Of a stretch of DNA of 51,169 bases, positions 42,898 to 51,169 are shown in pieces. How positions within the stretch are numbered: the stretch's first letter is position 1; every line of letters starts with the position of its first letter. This DNA is from a virus. Lineage: Duplodnaviria > Heunggongvirae > Uroviricota > Caudoviricetes. The notes under the pieces are model-generated. The model was not told the origin of the DNA and ran no database searches. It saw only the letters and a program-made list of their open reading frames with translations. The translations under genes and the position numbers were made by a program. The DNA is taken from the IMG/VR virus record IMGVR_UViG_2541047830_000012; one strand, given 5' to 3'.

Positions 42898-42924
42898 CGG
42901 CATCTGCGCCGGGTTTTCTTTGCC
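42898..42924 (+). terminator. Rho-independent terminator after the rex-position gene (timm analogue)
   Basis: CCCGGC-atctgc-GCCGGG followed by TTTTCTTTG. Confidence 0.6.
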
Positions 42925-43071
42925 TAACGCCCCCAAAAAACACATAACCAATTGTATTTATTTTAAAATTAATAGATACAACTCGCTAAACATCGCAATT
43001 CATATCTCTCGATCACCTTCCCAATCCACACAACCCTGCAAAAAATAAATCTATATAAAAAACATACAGAT

Positions 43072-43134
43072 AACCATCTGCGGTGATAAATTATCTCTGG
43101 CGGTGTTGACATGAATACCACTGGCGGTGATACT
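43072..43134 (+). promoter_or_regulatory. Left operator OL3-OL2-OL1 with pL
   Basis: AACCATCTGCGGTGATA, TATCTCTGGCGGTGTTG, TACCACTGGCGGTGATA; -35 TTGACA (43106-43111), -10 GATACT (43129-43134); match lambda as recalled. Confidence 0.85.
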
Positions 43135-43172
43135 AAGCACATCAGCAGGACGCACTGACCACCATGAAGGTG

Positions 43173-43204
43173 ATGCTCTTAAAAATTAAGCCCTGAAGAA
43201 GGGC
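43173..43204 (+). promoter_or_regulatory. nutL (boxA and boxB)
   Basis: boxA TGCTCTTA and boxB hairpin GCCCTGAAGAAGGGC, the latter identical to lambda boxB as recalled. Confidence 0.8.
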
Positions 43205-43361
43205 AGCATTCAAAGCAGAAAGCTTTGGTGTGTGTGATACGAAACGAAGCATTGGCCGGAAGTGCGAATCCGGATTAGCTGCCAATGTGCCATTGCGGGG
43301 TGTTTTCGTTCAGGAATACGACTCCCACACACAACCAAAGCTAACTGACAGGAGAATCCTG

Positions 43362-43688
43362 ATGGATGCACAAACACGCCGCCGCGAACGTCGCGCAGAG
43401 AAACAGGCTCAATGGAAAACAGCAAACCCCCTGTTGGTTGGGGTAAGCGCAAAACCAGTTAACCGCCCTATTCTCTCGCTGAATCGCAAACCGAAATCAC
43501 GAGTAGAAAGCGTACTGAATCCGATAGACCTTACAGTGCTGGCTGAATACCACGAACAGATTGAAAGCAACCTGCAGCGTATTGAGCGCAAGAATCAGCG
43601 CACATGGTACAGCAAGCCACGCAGTGAAATGGGTGTGACTTGTGTTGGTCGCCAGAAAATGAAATTAGGCAGCAAACCACTTATTTGA
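43362..43688 (+). CDS. N: Antiterminator N
   Basis: MDAQTRRRERRAEKQAQWKTANPLLVGVSAKPVNRPILSLNRKPKSRVES… matches lambda N as recalled; start at internal ATG 43362. Confidence 0.9.
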   Translation: MDAQTRRRERRAEKQAQWKTANPLLVGVSAKPVNRPILSLNRKPKSRVESVLNPIDLTVLAEYHEQIESNLQRIERKNQRTWYSKPRSEMGVTCVGRQKMKLGSKPLI

Positions 43689-43699
43689 GAGGAATTAAT

Positions 43700-44323
43700 A
43701 TGTCATCAATCCGCTTAACTACGAGAATGAAAGAGGAAATCGCTCGTAACGCTTTAATTAAGTCTGGGGTTTTCACTGAACTTGAAGAAGTAACAAAGTT
43801 AAAGAACCAGCTTGCACTTGACGCCAGAGTTATTGCGTTTGGCGGGAAAAAGAAAACTGAGGAAGTTGATCAGTTATCATCCAAGTTGGTAGCTATAAGT
43901 GAAGAACTTGAAAAGATGGGATGTTCATTTTACTCATACGATGTTCGTTCTACTTCAATTTATCTGACTGCATCTGGCAGAAGGATTGGATGGCATTCAT
44001 ATGGGAAAGACGGCAACGGCGAAGATATATTGCTCCCTACTCCGAACAAAGATAAATGCATGTTTAGCGCAGAACACGAAATAACAAAAAGGTTTGATGA
44101 AATCTGCGCATTGCAACAAAAACTTGAAGCCAAGAAAAAGGATATCGAATCAAATGTATGGGCTGCTTTGAACTCAGTCACAACAGTTAAGCGACTTATT
44201 GAGGTTTGGCCTGAAAGCAAAGAATTGCTACCAAAAGAAGCAGATAAAGCAAGTACAGCACTTCCTGCTTTACGGGTAGAAGATTTGAATAAGATGATTG
44301 GACTTCCTTCCGAGGCCGCATAG
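43700..44323 (+). CDS. Uncharacterised 208-aa pL-operon accessory protein
   Basis: AT-rich ORF straight after N in the ral/sieB position; own terminator overlapping its stop; no recognisable motif. Confidence 0.6.
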   Translation: MSSIRLTTRMKEEIARNALIKSGVFTELEEVTKLKNQLALDARVIAFGGKKKTEEVDQLSSKLVAISEELEKMGCSFYSYDVRSTSIYLTASGRRIGWHSYGKDGNGEDILLPTPNKDKCMFSAEHEITKRFDEICALQQKLEAKKKDIESNVWAALNSVTTVKRLIEVWPESKELLPKEADKASTALPALRVEDLNKMIGLPSEAA

Positions 44324-44338
44324 TCGGCCTTTATTTTT
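44313..44338 (+). terminator. Rho-independent terminator (tL1-like)
   Basis: AGGCCG-catagt-CGGCCT followed by TTATTTTTGG. Confidence 0.6.
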
Positions 44339-44386
44339 GGCATAAACAACAGAATAAACACTGCACTGAATTATTTGAGGTGAGAT

Positions 44387-44857
44387 ATGACAAAATCACG
44401 GAGCGTACCTTTTCCTGAATCAGAAACTGAACATAATGGAATGCCTGTTTTCTGGAGATTCCAAGCGACAGTTGAAGAAGATGGAATCAAAATATTCGCA
44501 CTTCAATATATAGCTTTTCATCAGACAGAGCATTATGCATGGTTGGTTCCTGCGCATTGGATTGTTGATTTTAAACCAGCACCAAATCAGTGGTTACAGG
44601 AATGGAAACAAAGGAGAAATAGATATGCAATTAAGAAAGTAGCAAAAAATGCAGAAAGATCTTTTGCATTCCCAACGAAGAAACTTGCTATTGAAAGTTT
44701 ATTGCGTCGGAAGAAATACCATTTAATGAGAATAAAACAAGATTTGGCTGTTGTATCAACTCTTGTTGATGGGATGAAAAATATTGATACATCAATACCA
44801 GATATTGAATATAACTTTGGACACAACCAAGAAACAGAAAATTGGGTATTTTATTAG
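44387..44857 (+). CDS. Uncharacterised 156-aa pL-operon accessory protein
   Basis: GAGGTGAG RBS; AT-rich; followed by a 9-bp inverted repeat and a terminator; no recognisable motif. Confidence 0.6.
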   Translation: MTKSRSVPFPESETEHNGMPVFWRFQATVEEDGIKIFALQYIAFHQTEHYAWLVPAHWIVDFKPAPNQWLQEWKQRRNRYAIKKVAKNAERSFAFPTKKLAIESLLRRKKYHLMRIKQDLAVVSTLVDGMKNIDTSIPDIEYNFGHNQETENWVFY

Positions 44858-44961
44858 TACGAATAAGCACTGTGTATTCATTCCAACGAGTGAATACACG
44901 GAGCAATGTCGCTCGTAACTAAACAGGAGCCGACTTGTTCTGATTATTGGAAATCTTCTTT

Positions 44962-44988
44962 GCCCTCCAGTGTGAGGGCGATTTTTTA
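44962..44988 (+). terminator. Rho-independent terminator
   Basis: GCCCTC-cagtgt-GAGGGC followed by GATTTTTTAT. Confidence 0.6.
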
Positions 44989-45007
44989 TCTATGAGGATA
45001 TGAATAG

Positions 45008-45376
45008 ATGTCAAACATCAAAAAATACATCATTGATTACGACTGGAAAGCATCAATAGAAATTGAAATCGACCATGACGTAATGACAGAGGAAAAACTT
45101 CACCAGATTAATAATTTCTGGTCAGACTCTGAATACCGACTCAATAAACACGGCTCTGTATTAAATGCTGTATTAATCATGCTGGCGCAACATGCTCTGC
45201 TTATAGCAATTTCAAGCGACTTAAATGCATATGGTGTTGTGTGTGAGTTCGACTGGAATGATGGAAATGGTCAGGAAGGATGGCCTCCAATGGATGGTAG
45301 CGAAGGAATAAGAATTACCGATATCGATACATCAGGAATATTTGATTCAGATGATATGACTATCAAAGCCGCCTGA
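45008..45376 (+). CDS. Hypothetical acidic protein (122 aa)
   Basis: ORF with GAGGA RBS; Asp/Glu-rich C-terminus. Confidence 0.55.
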   Translation: MSNIKKYIIDYDWKASIEIEIDHDVMTEEKLHQINNFWSDSEYRLNKHGSVLNAVLIMLAQHALLIAISSDLNAYGVVCEFDWNDGNGQEGWPPMDGSEGIRITDIDTSGIFDSDDMTIKAA

Positions 45377-45410
45377 GAGCGTTTTTAAAGAATACAACGA
45401 AGGAGGATAT

Positions 45411-46379
45411 ATGAGTGAAGTAACAGATTTAGTTGTTATTGAAAAATCAAATGCAATGACTGTATTTCAGTCTGCCGACCAGATTGAAGAAATCCTTCAA
45501 AAGGTTGAACGTGAAGTTATGTCCTTTGTTCCTGATATCACAACGGCAAAGGGCAGGAAGGAGATCGCTTCTCTGGCGTATAAAGTTGCGCAGACGAAAA
45601 CATATCTCGATGGTCTTGGCAAAGACCTTGTTGCTGAACTGAAGGAAATTCCAAAGCTAATTGATGCCAACCGCAAGACAGTGCGTGATCGCCTTGATGA
45701 GCTGAAAGCCAAGGCACGCCAGCCTCTTACTGATTATGAGGAAGAACAGGCGCGGATTAAAGCCGAAGAAGAAGCTAAGGCAGCAGCTGAAGCTCTCGCA
45801 AAGCAAATTGAGTCTGACCATGAAATAGCTATTTTGATGGATCGCGAATTTGACCGCCAAAGAGAAGAGGCAAGACTCAAAGCGGAGCAGGAAAAGCGAG
45901 AGCATGAAGAACGCTTAAAAAGAGAAGCTGAAGAGAAAGCCAGAGCAGAAGCCGAAGCAAAGGCAAAAGCCGAAATTGAAGCAGCAGCAAGGCGAGAAGC
46001 AGAAGCTAAGGCCGCTGCGGAACGAGCAGAGCGTGAACGCATTGAAGCCGAGCAACGAGCACAGCGCGAAGCAAAAGAGGCAGCAGAACGAGCTGAAAGA
46101 GAAAAGCAGGCAGCAATTGAAGCAGAACGCAGAAAAGCACAGGAGGAGGCTGAACAAATCCGTCGCGATGCTGAAGCAAAAGAGCAAGCCAGAATAGCAG
46201 AAGAAAAAAGAATCAAGGACGAAGAAGAGCGTAGAGCAAAGGATAAAGCTCACCGGAAAGAAGTTAATAACAAAATACTTGCTGACCTTATCAAGGTTGG
46301 CGCATCAGAAGATGTTGCTAAAAATATCATAACAGCCATCGTAAAAGGCGAAGTATTCGCAACAAAAATAACCTACTAA
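45411..46379 (+). CDS. Coiled-coil protein with charged E/A/K/R-rich central region
   Basis: 322 aa; AGGAGGA RBS; long low-complexity AEREAKAAAE-type stretch; the opposite-strand ORFs in this stretch are artefacts. Confidence 0.6.
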   Translation: MSEVTDLVVIEKSNAMTVFQSADQIEEILQKVEREVMSFVPDITTAKGRKEIASLAYKVAQTKTYLDGLGKDLVAELKEIPKLIDANRKTVRDRLDELKAKARQPLTDYEEEQARIKAEEEAKAAAEALAKQIESDHEIAILMDREFDRQREEARLKAEQEKREHEERLKREAEEKARAEAEAKAKAEIEAAARREAEAKAAAERAERERIEAEQRAQREAKEAAERAEREKQAAIEAERRKAQEEAEQIRRDAEAKEQARIAEEKRIKDEEERRAKDKAHRKEVNNKILADLIKVGASEDVAKNIITAIVKGEVFATKITY

Positions 46380-46403
46380 TAAAACCAACATAAGGAACCA
46401 CCC

Positions 46404-46535
46404 ATGATTTACGCAATCGCGGGAGGCGCTCGCATGGGTGCCTTCCAACTAAATGAATCTTTACTTGAACGAATCACCCGTAAATTACGTGACGGATGGA
46501 AAAGAGTTGAGGTCTTATTATGCGCAATGAAATAG
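46404..46535 (+). CDS. cIII: CIII-like protein
   Basis: Not in the ORF track (43 aa); MIYAIAGGARMGAFQLNESLLERITRKLRDGWKRVEVLLCAMK shares ESLLERITRKLRDGWKR with lambda CIII as recalled. Confidence 0.7.
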   Translation: MIYAIAGGARMGAFQLNESLLERITRKLRDGWKRVEVLLCAMK

Positions 46536-46672
46536 CCATCAATCACCAGATGCTTCGTGCTGCACAGAACAAAGCAGTAATAGCCAGATTTATTGGTGAT
46601 TCCAAAATGTGGCTTGAAGCAAATAAAGCGATGAAATCAGCTATCAACCTTCCGTGGTATCGCAGGAAATGA
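46520..46672 (+). CDS. kil: Kil-like protein
   Basis: Not in the ORF track (50 aa); …AVIARFIGDSKMWLEA… resembles lambda Kil …ATFIGDEKM…; overlaps the cIII 3' end. Confidence 0.55.
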   Translation: MRNEIAINHQMLRAAQNKAVIARFIGDSKMWLEANKAMKSAINLPWYRRK

Positions 46673-46747
46673 GTTTCACAGATAACTGGTCAGACGAAGA
46701 ATTCATTCGTCAGATGAAAGAATTAATCGGTAACGAAGGAGATATTC

Positions 46748-46918
46748 ATGTCACTTGCAACCACAGTGAAGGAGAGCAAGTTACAGAGACGCATGTACAC
46801 GCAGCAGGCGTTAATGTATCGCCAGAAGGGAGATCGTGAAGGTGTTCGCGTATTTTTAAATGCGGCAAAGACTGAAGTATTAAATCAGCGTTATTTCCTT
46901 GGGCCATGTCCATTCTGA
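46748..46918 (+). CDS. Possible small protein upstream of erf (P22 arf position)
   Basis: 56-aa ORF ending 10 bp before erf; competes with the overlapping track ORF 46654-46839; call by position only. Confidence 0.3.
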   Translation: MSLATTVKESKLQRRMYTQQALMYRQKGDREGVRVFLNAAKTEVLNQRYFLGPCPF

Positions 46919-46928
46919 GAACAAACAT

Positions 46929-47534
46929 ATGAGTAAAGAATTTTACGCAAGACTGGCAGCTATTCAGGAGAATCTGAACGCGCCAAAGAATCAGTACAAC
47001 TCATTCGGTAAATATAAATACAGAAGCTGCGAAGACATTCTTGAAGGCGTTAAGCCGTTACTGAATGGCCTGTTTTTATCAATCAGCGATGAAGTTGTGT
47101 TGATTGGTGATCGGTATTACGTAAAAGCCACGGCAACTATTACCGATGGCGAAAACAGTCATACGGCAACCGCTCTTGCACGAGAGGAAGAAAGCAAGAA
47201 AGGAATGGATTCTGCACAAGTTACTGGAGCTACAAGCTCTTATGCGCGCAAGTATTGCCTCAATGGTTTGTTCGGCATTGATGATGCGAAAGATGCAGAT
47301 ACCGACGAACATAAACATCAGCAGAACGCAGCAGCAAAGCAATCAAAACCATCACCTACACCTGAACAGGTTCTAAAAGCATTCACTGACGCAGCAATGC
47401 AAAAAAACACCGTGGAAGAGCTTAAACAGGCGTTCGCCAAAGCGTGGAAGATGCTCGAAGGAACACCGGAGCAGCACAAAGCGCAGGACGTTTACAACAT
47501 CAGACGTGACGAATTAGAAGGAGCGTCTGCTTAA
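46929..47534 (+). CDS. erf: Erf single-strand annealing recombinase (P22-type)
   Basis: MSKEFYARLAAIQENLNAPKNQYNSFGKYKYRSCEDILEGVKPLLNGLFLSISDEVVLIGDRYYVKATATITDGENSH… matches P22 Erf as recalled; start at internal ATG. Confidence 0.9.
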   Translation: MSKEFYARLAAIQENLNAPKNQYNSFGKYKYRSCEDILEGVKPLLNGLFLSISDEVVLIGDRYYVKATATITDGENSHTATALAREEESKKGMDSAQVTGATSSYARKYCLNGLFGIDDAKDADTDEHKHQQNAAAKQSKPSPTPEQVLKAFTDAAMQKNTVEELKQAFAKAWKMLEGTPEQHKAQDVYNIRRDELEGASA

Positions 47535-47917
47535 TGGCACATTCGATTACTGTAAGACTAAACAAGCCCGCAAGAGAGTTTCAGGCCGGGGAAAATATCG
47601 GATTCAACATCCGTGCTGGCGTTCAGTATTACGATCGCCAGACAAAAAAGAAAGAATGGACAAACTACAGCGCCGTTGTATTTGCCAAGCCGGGAGCGCA
47701 AGCGGATTACTACCGTAGTGTTCTTGTTGAAGGTGGCATTGTGGAAATTACCGGAGAAAACATCAGGGTTGATGTTTATCAGGGGCAAAATGGTCAATCA
47801 ATCACTCTTGAATTACTGAATGCAAAGATTGGATTTGCAGCTTCAGGAAATGGCCCGCAGCAGCAAAGTAGTAACCAGCAGAACACTCCTGTATACGACG
47901 ATTCCATCCCATTCTGA
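47534..47917 (+). CDS. Single-stranded DNA-binding protein (phage SSB)
   Basis: 127 aa; Gln/Gly-rich linker and acidic tail …PVYDDSIPF resembling the SSB C-terminus DDDIPF; overlaps the erf stop. Confidence 0.75.
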   Translation: MAHSITVRLNKPAREFQAGENIGFNIRAGVQYYDRQTKKKEWTNYSAVVFAKPGAQADYYRSVLVEGGIVEITGENIRVDVYQGQNGQSITLELLNAKIGFAASGNGPQQQSSNQQNTPVYDDSIPF

Positions 47918-47940
47918 TTTAGAAAAATAAGGATTTAATT

Positions 47941-48234
47941 ATGCCAGCGCCTCTGTATGGTGCGGATGACCCACGCCGCTGTTCCGGCAATTCCGTATCG
48001 GAGGTGCTGGATAAATTCAGGAAAAACTACGACCGGATAATGTCGCTACCGCAGGAAACGAAAGAGGAAAAGGAATTTCGCCATTGTATATGGCTTGCAG
48101 AGAAAGAAGAACTAGAGCGAATTTACCAGACATCAATCCGACCATTCCGCAAAGCCACATATACCCACTTCCCTGAAATTGACCCGCGCCTGCGTAATTA
48201 CCGCTCACGCTATGGCGCTATCAGTAATGACTGA
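47941..48234 (+). CDS. Hypothetical protein (P22 abc position)
   Basis: 97-aa ORF after the erf-ssb pair with AGGA RBS; an anti-RecBCD role is suggested by position only. Confidence 0.5.
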   Translation: MPAPLYGADDPRRCSGNSVSEVLDKFRKNYDRIMSLPQETKEEKEFRHCIWLAEKEELERIYQTSIRPFRKATYTHFPEIDPRLRNYRSRYGAISND

Positions 48235-48244
48235 GGAATTTACC

Positions 48245-48409
48245 ATGAGAGGACTTGCATACAATCCCGGTATTCTTCCGGCAGAAATGATTATTCGCCA
48301 ACGCGTAAAGCCAATGCCATCGAGAGAGGAATTGCTTAAAAGAAATAGTTTCGGTTCTGTTAATGACAACAAATATCTGAATGCGATGTTGCGGAGTGGG
48401 AAAAAATGA
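48245..48409 (+). CDS. Small hypothetical protein
   Basis: 54-aa ORF with GAGGA RBS; stop overlaps next start. Confidence 0.4.
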   Translation: MRGLAYNPGILPAEMIIRQRVKPMPSREELLKRNSFGSVNDNKYLNAMLRSGKK

Positions 48410-48879
48410 AACAAATGTCACTAATTGAGATGGATGGTTTTCTGAAAGGTAAATGCATCCCAAGTGATTTAAAGGTTAACGAAACAAACGCTGAATATCT
48501 GGTGCGTAAGTTCGGTGAGCTTGAATCAAAACTGGAAACGGCGTTGCGGGAGTGTCGTTCTGCTGGAATCACGATTGATAACCTTGAGGCCAAGTGCGCG
48601 GCGCTGGCAGCGGAGAGTGCGGGGCTGAAAAAGTTCTGTGAAGACGCAGCGTTTGATGCTGATTATGAGTCAGAACTTCTTGGAGAACGCGGTGGATTTG
48701 TTGATGGGCTTAGCTTGGTAAAAACCCCAGCCACCGACGCTTTCCTGGCTGAAGTACGGGCGCATGGCGTGGAGATGGCTATGGAGCATATGCAGTCGAG
48801 CGGTTCGTTAACATTTGGAGATTGCTACATATCACTTAACGAGTTCGCCGCAGAGCTTCGCAAAGGAGGCAACCAGTGA
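48406..48879 (+). CDS. Hypothetical protein (157 aa)
   Basis: Translationally coupled ORF in the early-left operon. Confidence 0.55.
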   Translation: MKQMSLIEMDGFLKGKCIPSDLKVNETNAEYLVRKFGELESKLETALRECRSAGITIDNLEAKCAALAAESAGLKKFCEDAAFDADYESELLGERGGFVDGLSLVKTPATDAFLAEVRAHGVEMAMEHMQSSGSLTFGDCYISLNEFAAELRKGGNQ

Positions 48880-49544
48880 GCAAGATTGACTATCAGGCAC
48901 TGCGTGAGTTAGCAAAACAGGCAACACAGGGCGAATGGGTCGCATTTATTTCGCCGGGTACTGGTACGTATGCGGTGCATACACCTGGTGATAAACGATG
49001 TGAAGACGTTATCAAATGGACCGGCTTTGATGGACAGAACAACGCAGAGAACAACGCTCGTTATATCGCAGCTTTCAACCCTGAAGTAGTGCTGGCACTA
49101 CTGGATGAACGGGAAAGAAACCAGCAATACATCAAACGCCGTGACCAGGAGAACGAGGATATTGCGCTAACGGTAGGGAAGCTGTTAATCGAAAACGGTC
49201 AGCTTGTTGCCGATACGCTACGCCACTTAGCTGATAACGAAATCGACTCTGATTATTTTGCTATCACCTCAACTAATGAGAACGGTACTGAAATTGATCA
49301 TGAGATGTCTATTACCGATTACGCACTGCAAGCTGCCGGAACTGTAGACGAATTGGTTGCGGCGCTGGAATCCGCAGAGAAGCGCATAGCAGAACTGGAA
49401 GCGCGGGAAATACTGCTCCCGGAACGTAGCAGCATGCTTCATCGAACAGATTTTCACGATGATTACCAAACGGTAATGGCATACAAAGTTTCTGAAGTCA
49501 TCGCTGCAATCCGCGCCGCTGGTATTCGCATCAAAGGAGAGTGA
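48876..49544 (+). CDS. Ead/Ea22-like protein
   Basis: 222 aa; N-terminus [23 protein letters not shown]… typical of lambdoid Ead/Ea22-like proteins as recalled. Confidence 0.65.
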   Translation: MSKIDYQALRELAKQATQGEWVAFISPGTGTYAVHTPGDKRCEDVIKWTGFDGQNNAENNARYIAAFNPEVVLALLDERERNQQYIKRRDQENEDIALTVGKLLIENGQLVADTLRHLADNEIDSDYFAITSTNENGTEIDHEMSITDYALQAAGTVDELVAALESAEKRIAELEAREILLPERSSMLHRTDFHDDYQTVMAYKVSEVIAAIRAAGIRIKGE

Positions 49545-49545
49545 T

Positions 49546-50121
49546 ATGACCACTATAACCGATAAGAAACAGTATCCCAGCGATCAATATCTTAATGAGC
49601 TGGTCACCAACATGGAGTTTGCTGCAAGGGCACCAGTTGAAGTCGTGAGAGCGATGGCAGCAGAGCTACAGAAGCGGCGCGAAGCTGATAGTGCAGAACC
49701 TGTAAGCCAAACTTACAACTTGCCAGAATTAATCGAAGGCATGGAAGTTTCCATTGATGTAAGCACTTGTGATGCTGATTTAGGTAATCGCTATTTCGGC
49801 ACCGTCACCGAGGCGTTAGAACTTGATACAGCCAAGAATGGTTACATCCTCTTGGTTCAGGACGCAGAGCCAAACTTCGATGTAAATGGCAACTCTCCGG
49901 TAACTCCGGATGGTTGGATAAGCTGTAGTGAGCGAATGCCAGATGATGGTCAGCACGTAATTATTTTATGTGATGGCGCATTCGTTCTTTATGCGCAATA
50001 TCGAGACGGAGAGTTTTTCGATATTGTCCGCAATGGTGATGAATTTTTCGAAACACAGAGTCGCAATGTAACCGACTGGATGCCTCTACCAGAACCGCCG
50101 AAGGAGGTTAACCGTGGCTAA
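49546..50121 (+). CDS. DUF551-like prophage protein
   Basis: 191 aa; C-terminal DGWISCSERMPDDGQHVIILCDG… resembles the DUF551 motif. Confidence 0.55.
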   Translation: MTTITDKKQYPSDQYLNELVTNMEFAARAPVEVVRAMAAELQKRREADSAEPVSQTYNLPELIEGMEVSIDVSTCDADLGNRYFGTVTEALELDTAKNGYILLVQDAEPNFDVNGNSPVTPDGWISCSERMPDDGQHVIILCDGAFVLYAQYRDGEFFDIVRNGDEFFETQSRNVTDWMPLPEPPKEVNRG

Positions 50122-50398
50122 CCTGCAACTTGCCGTCAAAGGTGAATACTTCGATGCCATGATTCGCGGAGAGAAAACGGAAGAGTATCGCCTGTGTAAT
50201 GACTACTGGAATAAGCGAATTATGTTCCGGGAGTATGACCGCCTGATTATCACAAAGGGATATCCGAAGCGTGACGATTCCAGCCGCAGAATTGACGTTC
50301 CGTATGGCGGTTATGAAATAAAGACAATCACACATCCCCACTTCGGCGATAAACCGGTAAAGGTGTTCGCGATAAAGGTGAATATCGACACTGAATAA
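50114..50398 (+). CDS. Hypothetical protein (94 aa)
   Basis: ORF overlapping the upstream stop. Confidence 0.5.
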   Translation: MANLQLAVKGEYFDAMIRGEKTEEYRLCNDYWNKRIMFREYDRLIITKGYPKRDDSSRRIDVPYGGYEIKTITHPHFGDKPVKVFAIKVNIDTE

Positions 50399-50470
50399 CA
50401 ATCCTCGCACTCGCGGGGATTTCTTTTATCTGAACTCGCTACGGCGAGTTTTGTTTTATGGAGATGATAA

Positions 50471-50637
50471 ATGCACTTCCGAGTCACAGGTGAATGGAAT
50501 GGAGAACCATTCAACAGAGTTATCGAAGCAGAGAACATCAACGACTGCTATGACCACTGGATGCTATGGGCGCAGATAGCACATGCAGACGTAACCAATA
50601 TTCGAATTGAAGAACTGAAAGAACACCCAGCCGCCTG
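50471..50637 (+). CDS. Small hypothetical protein
   Basis: 55-aa ORF followed directly by a terminator. Confidence 0.4.
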
Positions 50638-50650
50638 ATGGCGGTTTTTT
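50629..50650 (+). terminator. Rho-independent terminator
   Basis: CCGCC-tgat-GGCGG followed by TTTTTT. Confidence 0.65.
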
Positions 50651-50661
50651 GGGGGTAGTAG

Positions 50662-50877
50662 ATGGCTGCAATTCACATTGTATCAATAACATGCAATGCA
50701 ATTCAGATAGTTGCTTGCATTATCTTTGTTTTCTCAATCCTTCGCTCCCGACGATATTCTCCAGCAATTAACCGACATCCTGCTCAGGTTGAAGCCGTCA
50801 GGATGGCTATAGAGTTACGAAAGGAGATGAATAAGGCATTAATGGAGATGGAGAAACCATTCACTGACAAACATTAA
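50662..50877 (+). CDS. Small membrane protein
   Basis: 71 aa with hydrophobic N-terminal half (IVSITCNAIQIVACIIFVFSIL); weak hairpin plus T-run downstream near 50940-50960. Confidence 0.4.
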   Translation: MAAIHIVSITCNAIQIVACIIFVFSILRSRRYSPAINRHPAQVEAVRMAIELRKEMNKALMEMEKPFTDKH

Positions 50878-50977
50878 GAGTGGAAATAAAGAAATCACAC
50901 CGCCTCACACTCGATGAGGCCTGTACATATCTGATAGAGCCGCTATATGGCGGTTTCTTTTTGCCTGGAGAATTAAG

Positions 50978-51169
50978 ATGACCGATACCAGCCTGATTCC
51001 TGAGAAAGAAGTGATGAACAAGCTCGGTGTTTCATCACGTCAGACAATCTTGAACTATACCAAACGGCACGGATTTCCGAAGCCAGTCAGAACCCACCCA
51101 AAATCATACCTTCGTGAAGCTGTTGAAGGGTGGATTCTTAACGGTGGCGTTAACCAGAAATGCTCCTGA
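50978..51169 (+). CDS. Excisionase-like / AlpA-family DNA-binding protein
   Basis: 63 aa; …LGVSSRQTILNYTKRHGFPKPVR…REAVEGWI… resembles AlpA/Xis-type HTH; integrase expected just beyond the window. Confidence 0.55.
   Translation: MTDTSLIPEKEVMNKLGVSSRQTILNYTKRHGFPKPVRTHPKSYLREAVEGWILNGGVNQKCS

Noticed and set aside
45734-46253. Long minus-strand ORFs (160 and 112 aa) opposite the coiled-coil gene
   Set aside because: Low-complexity Ala/Ser/Cys/Phe translations produced by the repetitive GAA/GCA-rich sense strand; artefacts.
46654-46839. 61-aa ORF overlapping the kil 3' end
   Set aside because: Competes with the better-placed 46748-46918 ORF and has no RBS; neither is confidently real.

Overview
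The window has two parts. Bases 1-9851 are E. coli chromosome: a CP4-44-type island remnant (DUF932, KlcA-like antirestriction, RadC-like, DUF987, CbeA/CbtA type IV toxin-antitoxin, yeeW, yoeF-like pseudogene) followed by core genes yeeX, yeeA, sbmC (with a LexA box) and dacD, all on the minus strand. From about 9.9 kb to the window end is a mosaic lambdoid prophage whose integrase lies beyond the right edge. It combines a lambda-type immunity and early region (cI, cro, OR1-3, OL/pL, nutL, N, cII, cIII, kil, O-like initiator with in-gene iterons, DnaB-type helicase, nin region, QuuD-type Q, lambda-type S/R/Rz/Rz1) with a P22-type virion module (small and large terminase, portal, scaffold, coat, gp4, gp10, tail needle, gp14/7/20/16 ejection proteins, Mnt, tailspike) and a P22-type Erf plus SSB recombination module. 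An IS21-family element (istA/istB) is inserted between the ejection genes and the Mnt locus. The best candidates for an undescribed system are AT-rich accessory genes at classical lambdoid cargo sites: a 301-aa gene replacing rexAB between cI and pL, two terminator-insulated genes just after N, a T5orf172-domain gene between the lysis and packaging genes, and an HExxH protein beside an orphan Mnt repressor. No function could be assigned to these from sequence alone. All calls rest on reading the six-frame translations and DNA motifs by eye and from memory of the protein families; no database search was run, and the calls to sbmC, dacD, yeeX, yeeA, CbeA/CbtA, lambda cI/cro/cII/N/S/R/NinE/NinF and P22 Mnt/Erf/tailspike N-terminus are the most secure.
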